A stretch of 32,000 nt of DNA from Waddlia chondrophila WSU 86-1044 (GTDB taxonomy: Bacteria > Chlamydiota > Chlamydiia > Chlamydiales > Waddliaceae), in NCBI RefSeq assembly GCF_000092785.1, contig NC_014225.1:539340-571339 (forward strand), given 5' to 3'. Below the pieces are notes generated by a model. That model did no database searches and had not been told where the DNA came from. It saw nothing but the letters and a program-made list of their open reading frames with translations. Each line of letters starts with the position of its first letter. The first letter of the stretch is position 1. Shown in pieces: positions 8,662 to 16,831 of this stretch. Made by a program: the position numbers and the translations under genes.

Positions 8662-9969
8662 ATGGATGTTATTTTTCATTTTTTTCTTTCTTATCTTCCT
8701 TGGATTTTGACGTCGGTCATGCTGTTTGCTTGCACAGGGGTTTTGGGTTGGCTTTTGTGGAGAAAAGAGGTTAGGTTGCGTACTTTTCAAGAAGAGAACC
8801 GGCAATTGCTTTCCAGAAGAGCCGAGCTTGAAGCGACTTTGGAACATGAAAGGAGAGCCCATGGAGAAAAAGTTTCCTTGCTCAATGAGGCTCAAACGAA
8901 AATGAGTCATGCATTCAAAGCTTTGTCCGTTGATGTCTTGAAAAACAATTCTGAATCTTTTTTGGAGATTGCCACTGCAAAATTAGAGAAGCTTCAAGAA
9001 GCTGCTAAGGGGGATTTGAGTGTCAAGCATTATGCGATCAAAGAATCTTTAGAAAAAGTGAATGATAAAATCCACATGTTGGAGAAGGCAAGGACAGATG
9101 CTTATGCTAGTTTAACGGAACAGGTGAAGTTGCTGGCCATGACACAGACTCGATTGCAGAGTGAGACTTCGAATCTGGTGAAAGCGTTGAGGCAGCCTGT
9201 TGTGCGCGGTCGTTGGGGAGAGATTCAGTTGCGGAGAGTGGTAGAAATGGCCGGGATGGTGGAACATTGCGATTTTTTACAGCAGGAAAGCGTTCAGTCG
9301 GAAAATGGGCGTTTGCGTCCGGATTTGATTATTCGGCTGCCCAATAATAAACAGGTTGTTGTTGATTCTAAAGCTTCATTAAGTGCATATCTTGAATCGC
9401 TGGAAATAGACTCTGAAAAAGAGAAGCTTGAGAAACTTAAAGACCATGCGAAACAGATCCGTCATCACATCACTCAGTTGTCAGCAAAAAGTTACTGGGA
9501 TCAATTTCAACCCGCTCCCGAGTTTGTCGTTTTGTTTATTCCCGGCGAGACTTTTTTTAGTGCTGCTCTTGAGCAGGAACCTTCGTTGATCGAACATGGG
9601 GTTGAGCAGAAAGTTATTTTAGCAACTCCTACAACATTGATTGCTCTCCTCCGAGCTGTTGCCTATGGCTGGAGGCAGGAACAGATTGCTGAAAATGCTT
9701 TAGCGATCAGCGAATTGGGAAAAACACTGTATGAAAGAATTCGTGTGATGGGCGAGCATATTGAAGAGATACGAAAAGGGCTCGAGCGATCCGTCAATGG
9801 ATACAATTCTGCAGTAGGGTCGCTTGAAGGAAGGGTGTTGGTGACGGCTAGAAAGTTTAAAGAGTTAGGCGCTTCTGCTGGAAAAGAGTTGCCGGTTCTG
9901 AAAAATGTCGATTTGTCTTTGCGTAAACTTTCCGAGGAAGTTTCCGATTCGGAGTATATAACCGATTAA
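8662..9969 (+). CDS. rmuC: DNA recombination protein RmuC
   Basis: 435 aa: N-terminal TM helix, long coiled-coil, then the RmuC core ([24 protein letters not shown]...[25 protein letters not shown]...FVVLFIPGE). Confidence 0.9.
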   Translation: MDVIFHFFLSYLPWILTSVMLFACTGVLGWLLWRKEVRLRTFQEENRQLLSRRAELEATLEHERRAHGEKVSLLNEAQTKMSHAFKALSVDVLKNNSESFLEIATAKLEKLQEAAKGDLSVKHYAIKESLEKVNDKIHMLEKARTDAYASLTEQVKLLAMTQTRLQSETSNLVKALRQPVVRGRWGEIQLRRVVEMAGMVEHCDFLQQESVQSENGRLRPDLIIRLPNNKQVVVDSKASLSAYLESLEIDSEKEKLEKLKDHAKQIRHHITQLSAKSYWDQFQPAPEFVVLFIPGETFFSAALEQEPSLIEHGVEQKVILATPTTLIALLRAVAYGWRQEQIAENALAISELGKTLYERIRVMGEHIEEIRKGLERSVNGYNSAVGSLEGRVLVTARKFKELGASAGKELPVLKNVDLSLRKLSEEVSDSEYITD

Positions 9970-10693
9970 CTTTAAGAATTGATATACACACAACTTATCT
10001 ATTTATCCCGTTAGACGATTTCTTTTTTAAATTCCTGAATCTTAATCATTTCATCTCTAACATCTTTCTTTTTATCAAGAGCCTTTGTTTTCCTTTCTTC
10101 AGAAATTCTCTCTTGCTCAAACAGAAATTCAATTTTTTGATTTAGTTTTTGTCTGTTTTTAGAGAATGCTTCGATCTGTCCTTGGAATATCTTGTTTGCA
10201 ACAACTGTTTGATCTTTTTTAAAATTTGATGTGAATTCCTTCTGATTTGCGAGCTCTTTCAGCTTAATACCGGTTTTTTCTTCACTATCAACTTCTTTTT
10301 GCTGTCTAGCAATAAACGTTAGATGCGTCATTGCTTCAGAATGGATGTGTTTATACTGCGAATCGTTAAGAGACCCAATTGTTATGTCTCTACTTCCAAA
10401 ATCACTGATGCATTCCGTTCCATCATCAGATTCCCTGTGTATTCTAATAAATTTTTTATCTAATTGTTTTGCCTCACCGGCTCTTGTCATCAGAACAGGT
10501 GCATGTCCTTCCTTTTCAAGCAAAAGACCTGCGAGAATTCTTTCTGAAGGGGGAAGTTGATCTTTTCCAAGTTTAACAAAACGGCTTGCATCATAAAAAT
10601 CTATACACTCATGATCTGCAGAATCAATTTTTCTAATATCAGCAAATACTTCTGTTTTTTTTATTTTTTGAATCTTAATATCTGAACTAGAAT

Positions 10694-10703
10694 TTTCTAC
10701 ACC
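10694..10703. repeat. Target-site duplication, left copy (TTTCTACACC)
   Basis: Identical 10-mer directly abuts both IS ends. Confidence 0.9.
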
Positions 10704-10723
10704 CAGGGCAATTTCATGAAAAA
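10704..10723. repeat. IS left terminal inverted repeat (IRL) CAGGGCAATTTCATGAAAAA
   Basis: Matches the reverse complement of 11952-11971 at 19 of 20 positions. Confidence 0.9.
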
Positions 10724-10779
10724 TACTTGATACACTAAATTCTTTAGTATTAGACTCTTTAGTCAACCCCACCAAGGAG

Positions 10780-11961
10780 ATGGATATGACTGAAGAAGAT
10801 CTTGATCAAGACACCAGCAACGCTTTTAGAAAATCACTTGAAGAACACTTTGGCTGCCTCGACGATTACAGACGACAAGGTAGCATAAGGTATCGATTAA
10901 TAGACATTCTGTTTATCACGATTTGCGCAGTGATAAGTGGAGCCAATGATCTCAAGGCTGTGGCGATGTATGCGCAGCGCAAGCGCCGCTGGCTAACGAG
11001 CACCCTTGCACTTGAGGATGACGTCCCATCCTACACTACCTTTTGGACTATCTTTGTCCTATTATCCCCTGTTGCCTTGGAACAATGCTTCGTGCAATGG
11101 GTACGATCGAAAATCGGCGCAAACACGCCTGATGGCCACAATGTAAGCATTGATGGTAAAGCCCAGAGGGGAACTGCGAAAAAAGGCGAACCTCATTCAT
11201 TTGTTCACATTGTAAGCGCCTGGGCTGCGACACACAACCTAACCTTGGGGCAGCTAAAAGTAGATGGAAAATCCAATGAAATAACGGCCATCCCGAAGTT
11301 GTTGGATATGATCGATGTTGCGGGAGCCACGATTACGATTGATGCGATGGGCTGCCAAACAGCAATCGCGGAAAAAATTGTAGACAAAAGTGGAGATTAT
11401 GTTTTGGCTCTAAAGGGCAATCAAGGCCATCTTTCAGATGAGGTGGAAAACTACTTCGTCCAAGCGGAGCAAATTGATTTTGAAGGTGTTTTATGTAACG
11501 CTGTAGGGTCAAAACACTGTGCACACGGGCGGATAGAAATGCGTGAGATATACATTACAGAAGACATTGACTGGTTGCAGCAAAAAGAAGAGTGGAAAAA
11601 CCTAAAATCCTTGATCATGGTGAAGAGTGAACGCATAATACCTGGGCGATCGACTTCGACTGAAAGGAGATATTACATATCAAGTTTGTCGGCAGATGCA
11701 TTAAGGGTCGCCAATATAATACGAGGGCACTGGGGCATAGAGAATTGTGTCCACTGGATTTTAGACGTAGCTTTTAGGGAGGATGAACAGAACGCAAATG
11801 CAGGAAATATAGCTGAAAACATGTCGATGATAAGGAGATTATCGCTGAATCTTCTTAAGCAGGAAAAGACTGCTAAATGTGGGATTGAGATTAAACGTCA
11901 GATGGCAGGTTGGGATGATGAGTACTTGCTAAAAGTGCTGGGTGTCAAATCTTTTTCATGA
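10780..11961 (+). CDS. ISAs1-family (H-repeat-associated type) DDE transposase
   Basis: 393 aa with characteristic blocks: RYRLIDILFITICAVISGAN, SIDGKAQRG, HIVSAWA, NEITAIPKLLD, ITIDAMGCQTAIAEKI, DYVLALKGNQ, RGHWGIENCVHWILDV. The stop lies inside IRR. AGGAG at 10775-10779 favours the second ATG (10786) as the true start. Confidence 0.9.
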   Translation: MDMTEEDLDQDTSNAFRKSLEEHFGCLDDYRRQGSIRYRLIDILFITICAVISGANDLKAVAMYAQRKRRWLTSTLALEDDVPSYTTFWTIFVLLSPVALEQCFVQWVRSKIGANTPDGHNVSIDGKAQRGTAKKGEPHSFVHIVSAWAATHNLTLGQLKVDGKSNEITAIPKLLDMIDVAGATITIDAMGCQTAIAEKIVDKSGDYVLALKGNQGHLSDEVENYFVQAEQIDFEGVLCNAVGSKHCAHGRIEMREIYITEDIDWLQQKEEWKNLKSLIMVKSERIIPGRSTSTERRYYISSLSADALRVANIIRGHWGIENCVHWILDVAFREDEQNANAGNIAENMSMIRRLSLNLLKQEKTAKCGIEIKRQMAGWDDEYLLKVLGVKSFS

Positions 11962-11971
11962 AATCGCCCTG
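11952..11971. repeat. IS right terminal inverted repeat (IRR) TTTTTCATGAAATCGCCCTG
   Basis: Reverse complement CAGGGCGATTTCATGAAAAA differs from IRL at one position. Confidence 0.9.
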
Positions 11972-11981
11972 TTTCTACACC
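11972..11981. repeat. Target-site duplication, right copy (TTTCTACACC)
   Basis: Identical 10-mer directly abuts both IS ends. Confidence 0.9.
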
Positions 11982-12153
11982 TGAATTGATGCTGACTAAG
12001 TCATCAAAACTGAAGTTCCCAAATCCATCAAAATTAAAGTCTGAGTTGCTTGATCCCCCAATTAAACTCATGTTTTTCCCTCTCTCTCTTGATTTTTCCA
12101 AAATCCCATTGTAAACATTATAACATATTTCAATTTATTTTTTACAATTTTAA

Positions 12154-12182
12154 TTGATCTAAATTCTGAATTTCTCTATAAT
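12154..12182 (+). promoter_or_regulatory. Putative sigma70-type promoter for the 12218 ORF (TTGATC-N17-TATAAT)
   Basis: -35-like TTGATC at 12154-12159, 17-nt spacer, perfect TATAAT at 12177-12182, ~35 nt upstream of the ATG. AAGGA SD lies ahead of 12218. The region is very AT-rich, so a chance match is possible. Confidence 0.35.
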
Positions 12183-12217
12183 ATTAAGAAACTATAAACT
12201 TAAATAAGGATGTTGTT

Positions 12218-12673
12218 ATGTCAATACAAGGAGATTATCCATTCTCTATGAGCCCTCTTTTGGATTCTGGATTCAAAACATGGACAGTGGATTTTGAAGA
12301 AACAATTCAATATCAAATGGTCTATGTGCGTGAGTTTTCAGAGGATAAAAAACAAGTGATGATCAGAACTTTAGACTGGGAAAATGATGAATGCTTAACA
12401 AAAGCTAGAAATCTAGTTGCTAATCGATTAATCGGCGCCCTGCAAACCAATAAAGAAGGAGTAGTTCTTTGGGTTTCTGATAAGTTGAAGCCGAATTTTG
12501 AAAAGGGTAGAGAATTGAAAGTGGTTTATCAAGGAAAGGATACATCTACAGATATTTGTGATCTAAGAGGTATTGCTTTCTTAAATGAAACAAAGTTCGC
12601 AGAAACCACTCCTTGGTTTAGAGAATTTTGCATAAAGTCTGCGCAACGAAGAACAGAAAAATCATCTGTATAG
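12218..12673 (+). CDS. Hypothetical protein (151 aa), no family recognised
   Basis: ATG preceded by an AAGGA SD. Non-repetitive, soluble-looking sequence (MSIQGDYPFSMSPLLDSGFKTWTVDFEE...). Lies in the AT-rich islet. Confidence 0.6.
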   Translation: MSIQGDYPFSMSPLLDSGFKTWTVDFEETIQYQMVYVREFSEDKKQVMIRTLDWENDECLTKARNLVANRLIGALQTNKEGVVLWVSDKLKPNFEKGRELKVVYQGKDTSTDICDLRGIAFLNETKFAETTPWFREFCIKSAQRRTEKSSV

Positions 12674-12939
12674 GCTCATTTTTTCAATTGCACAAAAATG
12701 TTTCATCTATTTGACGAGGTTTCTACCTCGTCGAATGGATGACGTTAATTTTGTATAAATCTCCTCTATTTCATTTTTTATAACATGTAATTTGTTATTT
12801 TAATTCGACAAATTCATGATCTCATGATTTAATATAAGAAAAACTATGTTGATTGGATATGTGAGTGTTTCGTTGGGTTCGGATTGTCACCCCTGATTTT
12901 TGAAGTTAATTCGGTATAAAGTTACCTTGGAGTTTTTTT

Positions 12940-13215
12940 ATGAAAAAACAGTTGTCGGGCATTGGAATCAAGCAGTCAGCTAAATTTATGGCTGTTTTAT
13001 ATTTTATTCTTTCTGCCATCTTTTGCATACCAGTTGGAATCCTTTTGATCATACAGGAAGGTTTTCAGGAAAGGGGCTACATCCTTCTTGTCCCGATCGT
13101 TTATGGATTACTTACCTGGATTTTTACTGCATTTGTCGCGTTTATCTATAATATCGTCGCGGATATGGTGGGAGGATTGGAACTTACATTAAAAGATGTT
13201 GATGAAACAATCTAA
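12940..13215 (+). CDS. Small membrane protein (91 aa, two predicted TM helices)
   Basis: ATG preceded by GGAG. Two long hydrophobic segments are followed by YNIVADMVGGLELTLKD, which is only loosely reminiscent of small DUF-type TM proteins ending in ...GG[IL]E. A strong hairpin follows immediately. Confidence 0.6.
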   Translation: MKKQLSGIGIKQSAKFMAVLYFILSAIFCIPVGILLIIQEGFQERGYILLVPIVYGLLTWIFTAFVAFIYNIVADMVGGLELTLKDVDETI

Positions 13216-13216
13216 A

Positions 13217-13244
13217 AATATCCCTATCTTGCGATAGGGATATT
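13217..13244. terminator. Intrinsic terminator hairpin between convergent genes
   Basis: Perfect 12-bp stem AATATCCCTATC / GATAGGGATATT with a 4-nt loop TTGC. On the minus strand the stem runs into a T5 tract (terminator for 13256-14491). On the + strand it starts 2 nt after the stop of 12940-13215 but lacks a U-tract. Confidence 0.7.
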
Positions 13245-13255
13245 GAACGCATTGT

Positions 13256-14491
13256 CTATTCTGCCTTTAGGATATAATAGGCGGGATAGGCAAAATTATT
13301 GTTTGGACGTAAGACAGCTTCCAACGAAACTTCCTGGCCGACATAATCTTGCAGGTTCACCTGAGTGCTGTAGATATAAGCGATCGGCAGGCGGTTGCCT
13401 CGGTTGACTAACAGGTAATCTCCAGGTTTGTTTCTAATCGGACGATCATAGGGTTCTACGATGCCGCGCAGTGCCATCGCATGTCCGCGCTGCTCTTTAT
13501 AGAACTCTTGAATCGGACGATTTTGGTTATCTTTTGCCCACTTCTCGTAATAAGCAATCTCAACCGGAATCCAAAGCGCCATGCGTGCATTCACATCGGA
13601 TGCTGCTTGTTCGTGCACCCACTTTTTATACACTTGGCTTGCATCGGCTTGGGAAGAATTTGCAGATGGTTGCTGATGATCCTGCATGGCTGTTTCCGAT
13701 TGACCGCGATGTTTCCAATCAGTATCGGCCTTGCTCGCTTTGTCTTCTAAATAGTTGACTTTCTTATGAAGATAAGTTTCCTGAAACTTTGCAAGAGAGT
13801 CTTTTGCCTGCTTGACTTCGCGGGGAAACTCTGTGTATTCTTCAATAATTTTTTGGTAATTTTTAACCACTTTTTCCGGTTGGATTTCACTGAAAGGCTT
13901 CTGCAGTTCCTGCTGGCTGATGAGGTAGGTGCCATTAAGCAGGTCGTTGACATCGTTTTCCCTTTTTTCAAAATGGGCAAGGTAATCGGCGTCACCGATT
14001 TTCTCAACGAAATCTGCTGATACATAGAAGCGGGTCATTTCCGGGGGATCGATCTCGAGCCACTTGCTGTTTTTATCGCTGATCTTTCCTTTGATACGCT
14101 CTCCCATGTTTAACTGGCCGATCACAGGAGCTTCGAGATGAGGCTCGATCCTGACATTGACTTTATTTCCTTCCACAACACCGTCTAAAATATAGGTGCG
14201 GTATACATAAGCCTTTGTTCCATTTAAAGGTTTGATTGCGTAGAAGTCGTCTTCTTCTCCGGTCACAAGGAACATGTCTCCCCGATTCAGCTCTTTGATG
14301 ATCGGGCTGTCGGTGGAGGCGCTAAGGCGAAGGCGGACGCGGTCGCGCGAGACTCTCCCTGTAAACGCTTTGCTATTATGATGAGCTGCCTTGTTGAAAC
14401 CACATTCGGAATCCGTAGGGGACCCGTCGCTAAAAACGGGAGCACTGAATAAGGTTGAAGCAATAAATAGGTAGGATGATGCTTTGAGCAT
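13256..14491 (-). CDS. Secreted protein with two bacterial SH3 (SH3b) domains and an uncharacterised C-terminal domain
   Basis: I prefer ATG 14491 (AGGAG 8 nt upstream) over the TTG at 14527 used by the track. Signal peptide MLKASSYLFIASTLFSAPVFS. Two SH3b-like units (RVRLRLSASTDSPIIKELNRGDMFLVTGEEDDFYAIKP...AYVY and KVNVRIEPHLEAPVIGQLNMGERIKG...WLEI...FYVS). Confidence 0.6.
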   Translation of the reverse strand: MLKASSYLFIASTLFSAPVFSDGSPTDSECGFNKAAHHNSKAFTGRVSRDRVRLRLSASTDSPIIKELNRGDMFLVTGEEDDFYAIKPLNGTKAYVYRTYILDGVVEGNKVNVRIEPHLEAPVIGQLNMGERIKGKISDKNSKWLEIDPPEMTRFYVSADFVEKIGDADYLAHFEKRENDVNDLLNGTYLISQQELQKPFSEIQPEKVVKNYQKIIEEYTEFPREVKQAKDSLAKFQETYLHKKVNYLEDKASKADTDWKHRGQSETAMQDHQQPSANSSQADASQVYKKWVHEQAASDVNARMALWIPVEIAYYEKWAKDNQNRPIQEFYKEQRGHAMALRGIVEPYDRPIRNKPGDYLLVNRGNRLPIAYIYSTQVNLQDYVGQEVSLEAVLRPNNNFAYPAYYILKAE

Positions 14492-14599
14492 GTGATGTCT
14501 CCTAGGATATTTCTGTTTTGTGCACAAATCATCTTTACGAAAAAAAAATCCGCAAAGACGTGCTCTAGATTCTAGACTTTTTAGGTAATTTCCCGCAAA

Positions 14600-15349
14600 C
14601 TAACTTTTAAGGACTGCAAGGATGTGTTCACATCCCTCTTTCCCACAGGTACATCCCACCGGATGGCCAAGGAAGACATTGTATTTTTCTTCGGTGTCCA
14701 ATTTATTAGTCACTGTGTACATTTTTTCGTCGGTTTGGATGATCTGCCACTGTTGAAATTGAAGATCGGAGTCGCGAACCTCTTCTTGAGAAACATCGAT
14801 GACTCTCTCTTCCTTCTTGTCCTCCTCATTATCCCAAGCGTTCTGCCCGTCCCATCCTTCGTGCAGAGCTTTGGCTACTTGGCAATACATGCAGTTGCAA
14901 TGAGGTTCCCCTTTGGGGGCGCTCTCGAGGGCTTCCTTTGGAATCAAAATCTTTGACAGCGATCGAATTTTGCTAAGAATCTCTTCTGGAAGATTGTCCA
15001 TATTTGCCTGTTCGGGATTGTGCTGCATGGCAGCCTGGAAATTTTCAAATCCGCCGGCTCCGAACTTGAATGGAAATTCTCCTGTTTGCAGCCCTCCTTG
15101 AGCAAAGGGGAATTGGAATGTTGCTGTCTGAGGTTGCTTGGGAGGTTGGTCGCCGCCTGATTCAATAAATGAGGCATGAGCGTCGAAAATAGACTCGAGC
15201 AATTGAGGATCGACGTCGGGAATCGACACGGATTCCCCATTGTATAAGGAGATAATGAGCGAAGTGTGCTCCATATGAAGCGACTCGACATTTGTCCAGC
15301 TTGTTGAAATATAGGGAGGGAGGCTTAAAATTTTTTTATTTATTTTCAT
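14600..15349 (-). CDS. Hypothetical protein with two C-terminal Cys/His clusters, the last SWIM-zinc-finger-like
   Basis: 249 aa, ATG with a GAGGT SD. CNCMYCQVAKALH and CTCGKEGCEHILAVL (CxCxnCxH followed by H-I-x-A-V-L, as in bacterial SWIM fingers). The linker between them is acidic. Confidence 0.55.
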   Translation of the reverse strand: MKINKKILSLPPYISTSWTNVESLHMEHTSLIISLYNGESVSIPDVDPQLLESIFDAHASFIESGGDQPPKQPQTATFQFPFAQGGLQTGEFPFKFGAGGFENFQAAMQHNPEQANMDNLPEEILSKIRSLSKILIPKEALESAPKGEPHCNCMYCQVAKALHEGWDGQNAWDNEEDKKEERVIDVSQEEVRDSDLQFQQWQIIQTDEKMYTVTNKLDTEEKYNVFLGHPVGCTCGKEGCEHILAVLKS

Positions 15350-15488
15350 TATCTACCTCAAAACGTTGCTTTTTATACCGAGTTTTTCTACGCTCCGTTT
15401 CATTTTTCCGTTGATGTGGAGCTTTGGAATTACCTCTTGAATTCAATCACTAAATATATCTAAATAAACCTATTTAAGTCAATTGATT

Positions 15489-15513
15489 TAGCACTCTCAA
15501 GCTATAAGTGCTA
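15489..15513. promoter_or_regulatory. Inverted repeat TAGCACT-N11-AGTGCTA just upstream of the phoH2 SD (operator or 5'-UTR hairpin candidate)
   Basis: 7-bp perfect arms at 15489-15495 and 15507-15513, ending 5 nt before AAGGAG (15519-15524). An 8-bp palindrome TCAATTGA lies a few nt upstream. Confidence 0.25.
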
Positions 15514-15529
15514 TTAAAAAGGAGCGTAT

Positions 15530-16831
15530 GTGAAGAAAAAGACCTTTGTATTAGATACTAATGTTTTACTGCACGATCCCGAGTCGATCTTGAAATTCCC
15601 AAAAAGTTATGTCGTGATTCCTGTTACGGTATTGGAGGAATTGAACCGCATGAAGCGTTTGCCTGATGAATTGGGAAAACATTCTCGAACTGTGTTTCGA
15701 CTGTTTGATTCGATATCTAAAGAGGGGAGGGGAGATCTTCACAAAGGGCTGAATTTAGACAATGGAGCGAGTTTGAGAATTCAGCTTCACAGCAAAGCAG
15801 GGATGTTGGGAGATCTCACTCCGTCGATCAGAGATAACAGAATTTTAATGTCGGCCCTTCTTCTTCAAGAACAGGGAGAGGTTGTCGTTTTTGTTTCCAA
15901 GGATTTTGCAGCGCGGATCAAAGCTGAAGCGATCGGCTTAGAGGCTGAAGATTATGAAAATCTCAAATTTTCCTATGATGACCTGTATCGGGGGATTCGC
16001 TTGATTGATGTCACAAAGCGGGAAGTGGATGAATTTTTCAAAGACAGTATTTTAAAAGTTGAGGCAAATGGGTGGAAGCCAAACGAGTATTGTGTGATGA
16101 AGTCGCCGGAGAACTCCTCTGCAATCGGTAAGTACGATGCGGCAGATGGATCTGTGAAGCCTCTGATCAAATTTTCCGATTTATGGGGGGTGCGGCCGCG
16201 CAATGTCGAACAAAAGTGCGCTGTTGATCTTTTATTGCGCGACGACATCAAGCTTGTGACTCTTATAGGGCCTGCTGGAACGGGGAAAACGCTTCTTGCT
16301 CTAGCTTGCGGAATGCGGAAAGTGTTTGACGATAATGAGTTTATGCGCATTCTTGTTAGCCGCCCTGTAGTGCCTCTTGGAAGGGATATTGGTTACCTTC
16401 CTGGGACAAAGGAGGAGAAACTGTTTCACTGGATGCAGCCGATCTACGACAATTTAGAATATCTTTGCGATTCAACAAGCGGTAACGGACCGAACGACAC
16501 TTTGCAGTGGGTCATGGATAGCAAGAAAATTGAGATGGAGGCTGTAACCTACATCCGCGGCCGCTCTTTGCCTAAGGCATATATTATTGTTGACGAGGCG
16601 CAAAATTTAACCCCCCACGAAATGAAGACGATCATCTCGCGGGCCGGGGAAGGAACGAAGGTTGTGCTGACGGGAGATCCGACTCAGATTGACAACCCCT
16701 ATCTTGATCAAGACTCCAATGGCTTGACGTATACCGTGGGAAGATTCAGCGATGAGAAGTTGTACGGCCACGTTTACCTTTCCAAGACGGAGAGGTCTGA
16801 GTTGGCCGCTCTTGCTGCTGAGATCCTTTGA
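15530..16831 (+). CDS. PIN-domain/PhoH-domain ATPase (PhoH2 / YlaK type)
   Basis: 433 aa. GTG start 5 nt after AAGGAG. N-terminal PIN (FVLDTNVLLHDP...VIPVTVLEEL), then PhoH core with Walker A GPAGTGKT, Walker B IIVDEAQN and GDPTQID. Confidence 0.9.
   Translation: MKKKTFVLDTNVLLHDPESILKFPKSYVVIPVTVLEELNRMKRLPDELGKHSRTVFRLFDSISKEGRGDLHKGLNLDNGASLRIQLHSKAGMLGDLTPSIRDNRILMSALLLQEQGEVVVFVSKDFAARIKAEAIGLEAEDYENLKFSYDDLYRGIRLIDVTKREVDEFFKDSILKVEANGWKPNEYCVMKSPENSSAIGKYDAADGSVKPLIKFSDLWGVRPRNVEQKCAVDLLLRDDIKLVTLIGPAGTGKTLLALACGMRKVFDDNEFMRILVSRPVVPLGRDIGYLPGTKEEKLFHWMQPIYDNLEYLCDSTSGNGPNDTLQWVMDSKKIEMEAVTYIRGRSLPKAYIIVDEAQNLTPHEMKTIISRAGEGTKVVLTGDPTQIDNPYLDQDSNGLTYTVGRFSDEKLYGHVYLSKTERSELAALAAEIL

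Larger units (their letters stand above)
10704..11971 (+). mobile_element. Complete ISAs1-family insertion sequence (1268 bp)
   Basis: Single transposase ORF bounded by 20-bp terminal inverted repeats (19/20 match) and flanked by an identical 10-bp direct repeat TTTCTACACC. Size, IR and DR lengths fit the ISAs1 family. Confidence 0.9.
10011..12071 (-). pseudogene. Orphan gene interrupted by the ISAs1-family element. 5' fragment 11972-12071, 3' fragment 10011-10703
   Basis: ATG at 12071 has an upstream GAGAGGGA SD-like motif and encodes MSLIGGSSNSDFNFDGFGNFSFDDLVSINSGVE up to the IS. The same frame resumes after the IS as GVENSSSDIKIQKIKK... down to the stop at 10011. Removing the IS and one TSD copy gives a 783-nt (260-aa) ORF. 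Confidence 0.8.

Noticed and set aside
10011-10775. 254-aa ORF listed as an intact gene, and the 67-aa ORF at 11898-12101
   Set aside because: Both cross the IS boundaries. The first begins with a TTG inside the IS left end, and the second runs from the host gene into IRR. They are the 3' and 5' fragments of one IS-split gene rather than independent genes.
12713-12732. 8-bp stem hairpin GACGAGGT-TTCT-ACCTCGTC about 40 nt downstream of the 151-aa ORF
   Set aside because: It could be a terminator stem, but no U-tract follows (GAATGG), so I did not list it as a terminator.
12875-12885. GGGTTCGGATT, resembling a tRNA T-arm/T-loop (possible tRNA fragment or att site) in the 266-bp ORF-free spacer
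   Set aside because: The flanking bases do not form a T-stem or acceptor stem, and no anticodon arm can be drawn. I treat it as a chance resemblance.
14492-14527. N-terminal extensions from TTG starts in the track (14527; also 22626, 26521, 12101)
   Set aside because: In each case a downstream ATG fits better: an SD-like motif for 14491 and 12071, the start of the signal peptide for 14491, and the start of the homologous region for 26488. Evidence for 22602 is weaker (ATG versus TTG only). The extensions add non-homologous residues.
14540-14576. A9 run followed by tandem TCTAGA-T-TCTAGA between the SWIM-like and SH3b genes, considered as a terminator
   Set aside because: The palindromes can only form a ~5-bp AT-rich stem with a 3-nt loop. 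On the minus strand the T9 run is not preceded by a convincing stem. Evidence is insufficient.
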